From the NCBI GenBank assembly GCA_965153285.1, contig OZ229114.1: DNA of 64,000 nucleotides; one strand, given 5' to 3'. The translations under genes and the position numbers were made by a program. The notes under the pieces were generated by a model. It did no database searches and was not told where the DNA came from. It worked only from the letters and a program-made list of their open reading frames with translations. This DNA is from Podarcis tiliguerta. Taxonomy: Eukaryota. Position 1 is the first letter of the stretch. The number at the start of each line of letters is the position of its first letter. Below, piece after piece: positions 37,395 to 48,770 of the stretch.

Positions 37395-40146
37395 TAACAC
37401 CAACTGACTTAAGATTTCTTAATCATGTGAAAGCTGTGTTTTCCAAATATGGCTGCAGAGTGCTGGGTAAAGTGGGAGAGAACCATAACGGTTTGAAGGG
37501 CTGTTTATTTTCAATTACCTTGAATCTGTACTGGTTCGTACACCTTTGTCCTGCCAAGTATCTGGCGGATCTAAACAGTCTGTCTTCTACCCAGCTATGA
37601 CTTAACAAAACTGAGTGAACATTATTCTTATCTCCCCCCTACCCCACCCTCTGCACTACTACCATTTAGCCCCTTTGTTACTCTTCCCTTGTGAAATTCC
37701 CTCCATCTCATGGACATGTTTCTGGTGCCCCAAACTGAATGGGAGAATTTATTCCCTGGTGTCAGGCCCATAAGCAATCCTTCTCCATTAAGCCCGTTCT
37801 GCTTAGAGGTCGGCTGCTTGAACTACTGCTGCACAAAACATGAACCCTTTATTTTCCAAGCCTTAGCGAAAATGCATACAAAGGACAACCAGCCTTGGAT
37901 GCTTTGCCTGCTAGCAAGGAATGTTACCGCAGGGCTTGGAGCCTTCTGCGTAAATTTGGGAAAGGTGGCAGACATGGATAATAATAGGGGTGTCAAAGGT
38001 TAAACTGCAAAGATTAGTTGAACACAAAGACATGTTAAGGAAGTGTTAACTTCTTACTGATTGAGACAATAAAAAAGCAGGTCCCAGAAAAAGCCCAGTG
38101 TTTCAAAGAGCCTAAGGAGCCCGCACTGGGAACACCAACTTTGCCCCCCAGCCTTCCCCAGGACTGAAGTAGTGGGAAAAATAATACCTGGTATGGTCTC
38201 CAACTAAAATCTGTGAGAGATCAAAGGAAGACAGATCTGCTGCTTTGCCCCCTTCTAGTGTAATGTTAACTGCTACCTTGCCCTGCAATAATTGAATCTG
38301 CTGTGGCTGAAGAGGCTTTGCCTGTTTGTTTGGAAAGTTTGCTTTAATGGATTTGTTTTACAGCAAGAGGGCTAGAGCAAATCCCACTTGAGCAGCCTTT
38401 TGCTGTGGCTAGAGGGGCCAACAATGAATGAGTTGGAACGGATGGCAATATTTTCTTTTTTAAGGTCCCTCGGGGCAGCTGTGTGTTCTGGCAGGGCTCC
38501 TGTGCTGTCAACAGCTGCATAGTCAATGTTCAATAGGTTTAGTTTTCTCCCTCAGTGCATCTCCCTGCGTGGAGATTTCATCTGTTTAACTTCTGCCTGC
38601 CATGCAGCTGTTGGAGGCATAAAGATATCCCTAACTGTAGTCTCTTTGGACTCCTAAGTGCAGGCATGGACTTGTTTACCCAGCCACAAGAATTGACACG
38701 GTTTTTAGGAGTTTATATCTAGCCTAAACAAAAGCCTGATTTTTGTAAAAGCACTAAGAGTACAACAATTGTAAAGAAGATCAAACACACACAGCATCTC
38801 TGCTCCTCTCTAAATAATATACCACTAGCAATAACGGCAGGAAACCTGAATTCAGATTATTTTATCCCCACCACCACTATTCACCATATTAGCAGCCATC
38901 TGTAGTCCCAGAAGCTTTTTGAAAAAGGACTTCACCGGCATTCTGAGTAGCAGGGGTGGGGACTGCAGCTGGGCAGGCCTTGCTGGAAAGGGAGTTCCAT
39001 AAGGGAGGTGCTACAAAAGAGAGCAAGCCCTCTCCTGTAAATCTTAAACTACAGAGAGGCTTACAGAGCAGGAGACACTCTGCTCTTTTTTGTTCTTGAA
39101 CCTTTTAAGTTCAAGATGTGGATGCCAACCCAACACTTTTGCCTTTCACAATACATGTCTTGCTTGTTGAAGAGGAGATCTGGGGATTTGATCCTGCACA
39201 CAGTTAAGAGCAGTTCACTCCAGGTATATCTAATGTACCTAGATGTACCTCATCTTTCCCTTCTCGCAGTTCTGAAAACCAAAATTATCTCCCTTCTTCT
39301 CCTCTTCTGTACAGGCCTGCTAACCAGTAGCCCACAAGCAAAACATGAATAAAATGGCTCTCTACTGTTGGTAATCAGAGATGCTATGCTTTTGGACATA
39401 GAGATACCATTTAACTATCATATCTAGTAGCCAATGATAGGTAAATCCCCTATCAATTTGTCATGTTTCCTTTAAAGCCATCAAAGCCAGTGACCATCGG
39501 CCCATTCTGTTTTATGAGTTATATGTGTGAATAAGTCCCCTCTTTTATTGGTTGACCCTGAATACCTGTGTTATGAGATGCACCATGCGTTTCTGCAGAA
39601 AGTTGAGGCTAGTCAAGGGCTGCTTAAATCAAGAAGTACTTAAGCATCTCCATACCTATCAAGAGGAGGCCATTGAGCAGCAAGAACTTGATCTTGCAGC
39701 TGCCAATTGCAGTCAGATAGCAAAGATGCTAAGTGGAAGGCCTACAGGGTCAATGTAGCCTGGCCTTCATTGTGAAGTGTTCGACAAGTCTTAACCATAT
39801 CCATGGCCCTTTACTGTCACTGATTAATAGTATTCTTTGCCCTCAGAAGAACTTTAACTTAAAAACATAACTGGTCAAAGACAGCAAAGCAGCTCTTTGC
39901 CAACAGCACCACCTCTAGGTAATTTTCAGGGATTGCACAAAAATAGGTTAGAGAACGGAAGGGAAAATCAATGTTTTCCCCCCGACTTCTTCATCAAAAA
40001 TTGGGATTGAGAAATGCATTTGCTTCTGTTTGTAATGCTATTGTCAGACAGGAAGAGGAGAAGTGATGAAACTTTGCAATACGTTTCCTCCATATCCTGG
40101 GCTTTATCAAAATCTGCAGCCCCCCACTCAGCTTCACCCCACCTCA

Positions 40147-40302
<156 letters not shown>

Positions 40303-40769
40303 CTAGAGAAAAGGCACATTTCAGTTATCCTGGCATCACTCAGATGGAATAGATAGCAGTGGGGAGTTTTTGGCTTTGCACATTCAGGTGCTTGGTCTAG
40401 TTATGTGGACCCATACTGAGGATGGAGTCTCTTTGAGGTCACCCCCCATCCTTGCTTATAGTTCTTCAAATGTATCAGGAATTATATAAGTCTATAAGTC
40501 CTTTATATAATTTCCAAGCAGACAGAGGCTTCTTCAGGATACACAAATGAAACTGATGTGACGGAATGGGGAGGAAGAAAGCTGTATTAGATTTAAGCCA
40601 GAAGGAAAAGAAACTAACTAACTAACAAAGGTCTCATAGATGAGGAACAATGTGGTCTCTGGTAGAGGTATCATGAGCCTGTTCCACAAGGAACATTGGT
40701 TACCCCATGCTGGTGGTGAGATCATGAATCTCCCTTGGTCATTGTATGGAGAGAGCTATTTATCTTAAG

Positions 40770-40950
40770 GAAGGGCCATAGCATAGTGGGACAGCACATG
40801 CCTTGCATGCAGAAAGTTTTAGGATCTGGCACCTTTGGTTAAATTATTTTAAACAGTAGCACTTGGAAACATTCCTAATTCAGTAAGTAGCTGCTGCCAG
40901 TCAGGTAATATTGATGGACCAATAGTCTGACTTGGTGTGAGACAGCTTTA
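40770..40950 (+). mobile_element. Squam3-like tRNA SINE (degenerate)
   Basis: gaagggccatagcatagtgg..agcacatgccttgcatgcagaa...gctgctgccagtcag...gatggaccaatagtctgacttgg. Confidence 0.6.
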
Positions 40951-41223
40951 CAAGTTTATACCAGCACTAATGTCATAGGCATATGTTCTCCAGTGAGTCA
41001 TGAAGTAAAGTCACCTAACAGAGTACTACGTAAGGTTTCTCAACCTGGATACATCCCCAAGGAAACAGAAACCATGCATTACCTCTTTCTCAGTTCCAAA
41101 GCTAAGATGGGCTACATTATGTTACTTTGCAATGGAAGCATTACTACTCATCTTAAGAAGCCAAACTGTAGTCTCAGAATTCAAAACAGGTGACCTAAGA
41201 AAATGAGACCCGTAGCAATTTCA

Positions 41224-41496
<273 letters not shown>

Positions 41497-42159
41497 TCAG
41501 ATGTTGCATGACTAAGAAGTTTGATATAGGAGTAAGACATGATTAACAAGAAACTGCACTAGGCAAGGTGTAGGTTTTCTGTAAAAAATTGAAATAAGAA
41601 AATTTCCCAATGCTGAAAACCAATTGAAGCTGATTTAACAATGGTGGGTTATTTATACTTTAAGTTTTAATTTATCCTCAGTTATGCCCCGCATGCTGAA
41701 AGGGGCAGCAAAGCCATGCACAGTTCCCCACCCATGAGATCCACATGGGTATGGGGAACCACATAACTTGAGGCTGGGGCTATCATGCTCAGAGTTTCAA
41801 CTCCTATAGGAGTGGCCTTACCCAGCTCAGATGTTCACACTCAATATGCAGATGTTGGGAGATGTGTGATCATGAGGCCTCAGGGGCAAGGTCAAAACAA
41901 TCAGGCCTTCAGCTTTCATGGAAATATACTCACAGAGTCTTTTCTGGCTCAGACATACATGCTTAATGCATGCTATTGCTGAAATTTTATGGAATAATGC
42001 AGGTTTAGAAACAAACAAATGTCCAAGGATAAATGTAGTATTGGGGAAATTTCCTACTTGCATCACTGCTAATATGTACCATAACATGCAAGCTCATTCT
42101 AGAAGAGTATTCTTTCCCGTGGTCCTGTCAAGTATGAATTTGCTTCCTAACTCAAAGTA

Positions 42160-42401
42160 CAGTGGTGCCTTGGGTTACAGACGCTTCAGGTTACAGACAC
42201 TTCAAGTTACAGACTCCGCTAACCCAGAAATAGTACCTCAGGTTAAGAACTTTGCTGCAGGATGAGAACAGAAATTGCGCTGCGGTGGTGTGGCGGCAGC
42301 GGGAGGCCCCATTAGCTAAAGTGGTACCTCAGGTTAAGAACAGTTTCAGGTTAAGAATGGACCTCCAGAACGAATTAAGTTCTTAACCCGAGGTACCACT
42401 G
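42160..42401. mobile_element. Tc1/mariner (Tigger-like) MITE
   Basis: TA|cagtggtgccttgggtta ... ttaacccgaggtaccactg|TA; internal repeats of caggttaagaac. Confidence 0.9.
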
Positions 42402-42661
42402 TACAATTCTATTCTACTTCTCCTATGTTGGAAATAATTACCAAATTGAGTGGGAGGATGAAATTAATGAGTCACAAGTGGCCTAATTCAAAGCTGCACT
42501 ATAACTAAAGGCATTTTTGACTGGGAACTTCCCTTTGCTATGATCAACATGAAACCCGGACCTGTGTTATGTGCAGCAACTGTCAGATGCAAGCTCCTAC
42601 TTCTCATCAACCTGTACTATGAATAGGCCAAGCCCCTGTTATGACCAATTTTAAACTCCTA

Positions 42662-42847
<186 letters not shown>

Positions 42848-43599
42848 TCAGCTACCCCAAGACTTTGCTGGAGAAGCCAAAAGTCTAGACCACAGCATCT
42901 GTGGCATTCACAGGCTGCCACCCTAAATCATACAGCTTGATCTTATGGGACAGCGGACAGAGATTTCAATGGGACTGATCCAAGCGTAAATGACTAAGGC
43001 CCAACCCTTTGCAAATTTACTCTTAGTTAAGTTCAGTTTTAATTGTTATTTTAAGAGATTTATACCCCCACCCTTCGACAAGTTCCCAGGGCACCTCACT
43101 GGGGCTGCTTCCCAGGTAAGCACAAGCAGGGGCTGCCGCCTCAATCGAGCCCTTGGGCTGTACGTACTAAAGCAGCCTTAATGCGAAGGTGACAGCCCAA
43201 CTCACACTCGCCTGGAAACAAGCCCAAACTGAACACAGTAGGATTCACTTCTGAGTAAATATGCATTGGATCGCTCCTAGACCCCTTTACCTTGGAAGCA
43301 AGTCCCACTGGAACCAATGAGTCTTATTTCGGAGAAGACATGGGACAGTAGAGTGTTGTAACCAAATTTATTGTGGCACAGGCTTTCGTGGACCGCAGTC
43401 AGCAGTCCTAAGCCCTGCATTGCATACACCCCACCGACCCCGGGGCTCTACTTTCCCCGCTTCCTCGTACTCGCCCCAGTCCACCCCCGTCCCTCGCCGG
43501 TGCTCGTCCGCAGCCCGTCAGGATCCGGGCCTCGCCGCTCCCCACTCCCTCCGAGCTCCCCGGAGGAAGGTCTGCCGAGGACGCCCCGCTCCCATTTAC

Positions 43600-43663
43600 C
43601 GTCCCCGATCAGGGCGGTCTTCCGCGCCGCGCGCAGCTGCTCCAGCCAACTCGGCCCGGCCAT
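43600..43663 (-). CDS. DPCD: DPCD exon 1 (start codon)
   Basis: ATG at 43663; MAGPSWLEQLRAARKTALIGD(G) resembles [22 protein letters not shown]; gtaaat donor; 64 bp; in the CpG island. Confidence 0.95.
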
Positions 43664-43734
43664 GATGCCGCCGGACGCATTGCCAGGGCAACCGCCCTAC
43701 ACTTCCGGCATCTCCTGACCGGACACGGAAGAAA

Positions 43735-43812
43735 ACGCCGCGCGGGGGGGGAGTTTTGCTGCTTCTCCCCCTCGCCCTCCCCCAGTCCTCTTTCGCGCCC
43801 GCAACTCCCCGG
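43735..43812 (+). other. POLL: POLL non-coding exon 1 (5' end approximate)
   Basis: Strong donor CGG|GTAAGT at 43813 in the CpG island; matching acceptor tttcatttcag at 45708; POLL has a 5'UTR first exon in mammals. Confidence 0.65.
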
Positions 43813-44106
43813 GTAAGTGAAATAAAACGCGAAATAGCTCCCCTCCCCCACCGCGCGCGCGCTCTCTCCTTCCTCCGCCCGAGGGGCGTTTCTAGGCCTC
43901 TCCGCGCGTCTCCTTAGCCCCGCCTCCCTCCCTCCTTAGTGGGCCTCATCCTACCCGAGGGGAGATCAGAAGAGAGCGAGCGCACAGGTGCAGGAAGAGT
44001 CGGCGCACCTGCATGCCTGCCGGCGCGAAGCCTTGCTGCCACGTGGAGAGGGACCTGGGGCCTGTGGCGGTGTTGGACTCCATCTCCCATCAGCCCCATC
44101 TCCCAT

Positions 44107-44234
44107 CCTGCTTGGCCGGGGTGATGGGATTCGTAGTCCAGCAGGTTCTGTTTACCTCTCTGAGGCGACGGCAATATTGGCCTGCTTGGCCGGGCTGATG
44201 GGATTCGTAGTCCAGCAGGCTCTCTTTACCTCTC
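44107..44234 (+). repeat. 54-bp direct duplication (74-bp period) at the CpG-island edge
   Basis: cctgcttggccggg(g/c)tgatgggattcgtagtccagcagg...tttacctctc at 44107 and 44181. Confidence 0.9.
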
Positions 44235-45815
44235 CCCTGTTCTCCTTTATGGTCTCGCATTGTCTCATCTTGGTCTCCTCATATCTGTCCGGCACTCCAC
44301 TCTGGAAGTAAGACACCTCCTTCTGGCTTCCTGTCTCTTCTTGCATTCTGCACAAGCTCCACGTCCCTTGCCTCCACTCTCTGTAGCCCTGTTATAACGA
44401 ACACCCTGTTAGGTTTCTGCTTGTGACGTTGGCTCCTCCAACTCTACCACCTTCAGCCATCCTAAAGTCTCCTGCTCCCTCAAAATGCTCTACCCTTTCT
44501 CCCCTTATGCTTGAAACTGTCTCCCAGAATACCTGTGTGGTGTTTCCTAATTCCTCAAATCCTACTTTTTCTGTGAGGCCCTTGGCTCAGCTCCCTAGTT
44601 CTTATGCCTTGCTGCAACTAAGGCTGTAACTGAGCCTAAGCACATGCAACTCAAACAATTGTGTGGTTTTCCCCTGTTTATCCTTGCCTCCACTTTTATT
44701 TCTCAGGGCTCCAACAGGGCCACCAGGATTGATGCTCTGTATCCACCACCATTTAGACTCCCTAGTGGCAGCACTGCTGTGGTCACCAGCATGCTGCTCC
44801 CTTCACAGGCTTGCCTGTGAGCTTGCCTGAGACCCCAGTGATGTAATGGATGAATTGCTGAGTAGTCACTCTACTTACTCCCAGCCCATTGCAGCAGCAC
44901 TGCAACAGGTGAGCCAGGAGGAGGCGGGTAATTTCTCCACCACCTCCCTGCGTGCTGTCATGGACCTTCTCAGAGATGGTGACAGCTCTGAAATGGGCCA
45001 GGAACTGAGTGGTTGCTTGGGACCTTGCCTGTGGAGAAGTGTGAGGGGAGTCTGGTGGCTGCAGGAACATCACCACTAGAGGGCCCAAGGGGCAGCAGAT
45101 CCTGGAATGTATGTTTTGGTTTGTGCTGGGGGCTCCACTGAAGACAGCCTGCCCTGTACCCCCTTAAGAAAAACAACTGCAGCCAAACTGTTCCCCTGAG
45201 TTGAATTTTAAATTGAAAGCTCCCCGGAGCAGGGGCCTGTCCTCATACTCTGTAAAGTACCATGCACACTGAGGATGCTATATAAATAAAAGGTGGTGTC
45301 TGTGGAGCTAGTGTGTATTCAGGAATTCCTGAGGGAGGTGGCCTTATGTTATTGCTATGAAGCACCAAGTCTGTTTGTCTTTGAATGTACCACATTTTGC
45401 AAATTGAGGCGAATAAGACCTATTAATGATTTGGTGGGATATCTACCAGGGCCTTTCACCTGTTGCAGAAAAATAAATGGCCAGCTCTAAACACACAACT
45501 GAATTAACATAGGGAGTGCCTTTTGCTAGAAGATTCTCTGTCATTAAGGTAGATCACAAGCTAAGGTATGCCCCCTAGAAACTGAAGTTACCCTATTGGC
45601 ATGTCAGATTCTTGCACCTCATTAATTTCCACCTCTAGCTAAAGTTGCGTATAAGGTTACGTTTCACCTGTTGGCATGGGATATATGATAGCTTGATTTT
45701 CATTTCAGGTTTACAAATACCTTTGTGTTGTTAGTCACTTCAAACTCTTGCAATCTTTACCATCTTCCTCAGTAAGACTGCTTACTTCTGCCTGGGAAGG
45801 AGGCATCCATGTTCC

Positions 45816-45927
45816 ATGGAGCCCCAAGGAATTGTCAAAGCTTTCCCCAAACGAAAGAAGATCAGATATGATTCACAGAAGGCAGTGCCTACAAAGGTAC
45901 TGAAAGAAGAACCCAAGAATGAGCAAG
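45816..45927 (+). CDS. POLL: POLL first coding exon (exon begins at 45709)
   Basis: MEPQGIVKAFPKRKKIRYDSQKAVPTKVLKEEPKNEQ resembles MDPRGILKAFPKRQK (NLS region); gtgagt donor; missed by the ORF track. Confidence 0.93.
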
Positions 45928-46225
45928 GTGAGTTTTCTGTTTGCTTCCTCAGCCATGTGAAGCTATGAGACAACCTAGCATGCTCTGCTTGAGATTACTA
46001 TGGCCTAGCTGTTAGTGCAAGTGGTTTACTTTGGGAGAAATCACTTAAACCTGGAGGGTTCCAATCAAATGGAGGCACTGAGTTTTGAAGTCTTATCTGT
46101 GTGATACAAGAGATCTGGTCTTCTCCATACTAGTTATGGCTTCAGGCTGTCAGACTCCCATCACTCAGATAAGACATGAAGCCCACTCTTGCTTTGCTGA
46201 GTCTTTTCTCTCTGGCTTTCATTAG

Positions 46226-46523
46226 CAGCGTGGTTGGAGCCAATCACTGCCTATGTGCTGCAAGCAGGAATTGGCCAGGCCAGGGCTGAGATCTTCCGCA
46301 AGCAGATCGTCCAGAATGGGGGAATTGTCTGCAGCCAGCTTTCCCCAGATGTGACACATGTTATAGTGGATGAAGGCATGGACTGTGACCGAGCTTTCCG
46401 GCTTCTCAAACTAGCCAAGTTACCCCAGGGATTGCAACTGGTGAAGGCATCCTGGCTGAGTTCCTGTATTGCAGCACAGCAGATCTTGAAGACTACTGGC
46501 TACAGCCTCTTCATCCCGGAGAA
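46226..46523 (+). CDS. POLL: POLL BRCT-domain exon
   Basis: WLEPITAYVLQAGIGQARAEIFRKQIVQNGG...VTHVIVDEGMD...VKASWLSSC; tandem tag/cag acceptor; gtaggt donor. Confidence 0.95.
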
Positions 46524-46717
46524 GTAGGTGCCTTTCTTACTTCAGCATGTGGTGGCAAGTTTTATGTGGAAATCCATTTCTTATTTTGGGAATGGACACA
46601 GAGGAAAGAGAATTGAATTCCTCATTTCTTTTCAATTTTCTCACACTCTTGTTATGGATAGAATGGCTGCCTTCAGAAGCAGTGATTGCACCTTGCTGTA
46701 CGTTTGATTCTTGGCAG

Positions 46718-46889
46718 GTATCTGGATGTGTCAGACACTTCAAAGCAGCAATCACAACTTCTGGATGAAGTGATGGTCCAGCCTCAAATGGAGAGTGCAG
46801 TCCTGGCACTGAAGGATGAATCTCAGGCAGATGTTTCCAGCGCTCCCTGTAGTGCAGCAAATTCCTCAGGGCAGCAAGAAGTTAAAGGG
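46718..46889 (+). CDS. POLL: POLL linker exon
   Basis: ttggcag/gtgagc boundaries; continues FIPEK-YLDV (human FIPSRYLD); phases fit both neighbours. Confidence 0.88.
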
Positions 46890-46959
46890 GTGAGCCCACT
46901 TAGCAGATTCCCATTTTTGTGCTTTTGAGCATTTTTGTAGGCTATGCCAGGGTTTTTAT

Positions 46960-47095
46960 TGGGGAAGAGCTGTAGCTCAATGTCAGAGCATTTGCCTTGC
47001 ATGTGGAATATCCCAGGTTCAATCCCCAGTGTCTCCAGGTAAGGCAGGGGGAAAGCCCTGCCTGAAATCTTAGAGAACTGCTGTCACTGTGGACA
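46960..47095 (+). mobile_element. Squam3-like tRNA SINE
   Basis: ggggaagagctgtagctcaatg...cccaggttcaatccccag...cctgcctgaaatcttagagaactgctg. Confidence 0.7.
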
Positions 47096-47724
47096 TGATT
47101 GACACCCCTTTGTTCCAAAGATGAAAAGGTGTCATGCTCCTCTTAGAGTTAGGGAACAATATTGTAATTGGAACGAGGTGTGTGTGTTGACTATAGATGA
47201 TACAACCATTTTTTTCTCTTCTGAAAGGAGTGAATTTGCCTCTATTAAACAAATGCTGGGCTGTCATTGTAGAAGCTGGGCACCTAACATGTGCTTCCTT
47301 TGGTTACTCTGAGTATGTTTTTCTAGCAAGCTTCACTTCAGAACACCTAAAAGTTACAAAAATAGGAAAATGTAGGAGGAGCTTTTGGCAGATTGTTTCT
47401 GCATTGGAATGTATGTGTGTTATTCTGCTGCCGTCTTTGTTTGGCAATGCCTTGAGGTTCATTTATGCCAAGTCTCCTCTTCATTCAGAGAATCTGGCAA
47501 AAATATACACTGTTGTAAAAGCTCTATATGTCCAGTTGCCTTGAATTTTAATCTTTCTCAACTCTGAAGCAATATTAAAATAAGCTAGTAAAATACTAGT
47601 TACAAAGTGTTAGCACCCTAAAGTCAGAACATAAAAAGATCATATTGACTACAATGTGCTCCTTATAGCATCTTGACCACGAGGTGTAATGAATCTAAGT
47701 TATTGTTCAGCTTCTTAAGTATTA

Positions 47725-47983
47725 CCATATTTTTTGCTCTATAAGATGCACCAGACCACAAGACGCACCTAGTTTTTGGAGGAGGAAAACAAGAAAAAAA
47801 ATATTCTGAATCTCAGAAGCCAGAACAGCAAGAGGGATCGGTGTGCAGTGAAAGCAGCTATCCCTCTTGCTGTTCTGGCTTCTGGGATAGCTGCACAGCC
47901 TGCATTCGCTCCATAAGACGCACACACATTTCCTCTTACTTTTTAGGAGGGAAAAAGTGAGTGCTATAGAGCAAAAAATACAG
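47725..47983. mobile_element. Tc1/mariner/pogo-type MITE with internal hairpin
   Basis: TA|ccatattttttgctctata ... tatagagcaaaaaatacag|TA. Confidence 0.85.
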
Positions 47984-48461
47984 TATATCCTTTCTGTTTT
48001 CTAATAGTCAATGGAATACCTGGTATGTTCATAATGGGATGTTGCCCCCTAGTGCCTGAAGTAGAGAGCAAAAGGAAATTGTGCCACTAAGGTTGCTGTA
48101 ACTTGGGACATTTTATTCATGCTCACTCGTCACCACCACTCCAAAATAAAGCCAATTTCATAAGTTATATGAATCCATAGCATTATGGTCACTGCAGGGA
48201 CTCTGCCAGCTATGCTTTCTTGTAGATGATCATCATAACTGAGGGGAGGAACATGTTATATGCAACTGTTAGTACAGCTTATGCTTTTTCTTTCTCTCTC
48301 TCAACCTATCTAACGATTGTGGTGGGTCTCACAGGGACTACCAATCCCCTTTAATGTTTCAGAGTCTCCCTGCCTTTGGTGCATTATGAGCCAGTGCCTT
48401 GTAATTGCTTGCCTAAGTAATGGCTACATTTCACAGCTTCCTCTTCTACCTCTCTCCAAAG

Positions 48462-48770
48462 ACAATCTTGGACAACGAGGGAACTGAAGGGGAAGAGCCT
48501 GTTGTCACTCTGGGAGAACTGGAAGCACTGAGGTCAGGCCAAGACCCAAAGACTTTGCCAGGAGATTCTTCTGTGGCGCTTCCCACTAGCAAGTGGGTTT
48601 GTGCCCACTCCTCTGCAAGCAAGAAAATTAATCATAACCAGAGCATTACAGAGAAGCTGGAGCAGCTGGCAAAAGCCTACTCTGTCCAAGGGGACAAGTG
48701 GAGGGCTCTGGGATACTCAAAAGCCATAAACGCCCTCAAGAGCTACCACAAGCCAGTCACCTCTTATCAG
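48462..48770 (+). CDS. POLL: POLL exon (linker to 8-kDa lyase domain)
   Basis: [12 protein letters not shown]...KWVCAHSS...[47 protein letters not shown]; gtaact donor. Confidence 0.95.

Larger units (their letters stand above)
43400..44060. promoter_or_regulatory. CpG island / bidirectional DPCD-POLL promoter
   Basis: The only strongly GC- and CpG-rich stretch; contains DPCD exon 1 (-) and a + strand donor 150 bp away; ETS sites ACTTCCGG (43701-43708) and CGGAAG (43726-43731); X-box at 43679-43692. Confidence 0.9.

Noticed and set aside
42160-42401. Short repeated units resembling a CRISPR-like array (also 37171-37394)
   Set aside because: Internal subterminal repeats of TA-flanked Tc1/mariner MITEs in a eukaryotic genome.
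43371-43718. Proline-rich ORFs in the CpG island
   Set aside because: GC-rich stop-poor DNA antisense to DPCD exon 1; no coding evidence.
46960-47035. tRNA-like sequence (also near 27688, 40770, 57575)
   Set aside because: Degenerate tRNA-derived SINE heads with no complete cloverleaf.
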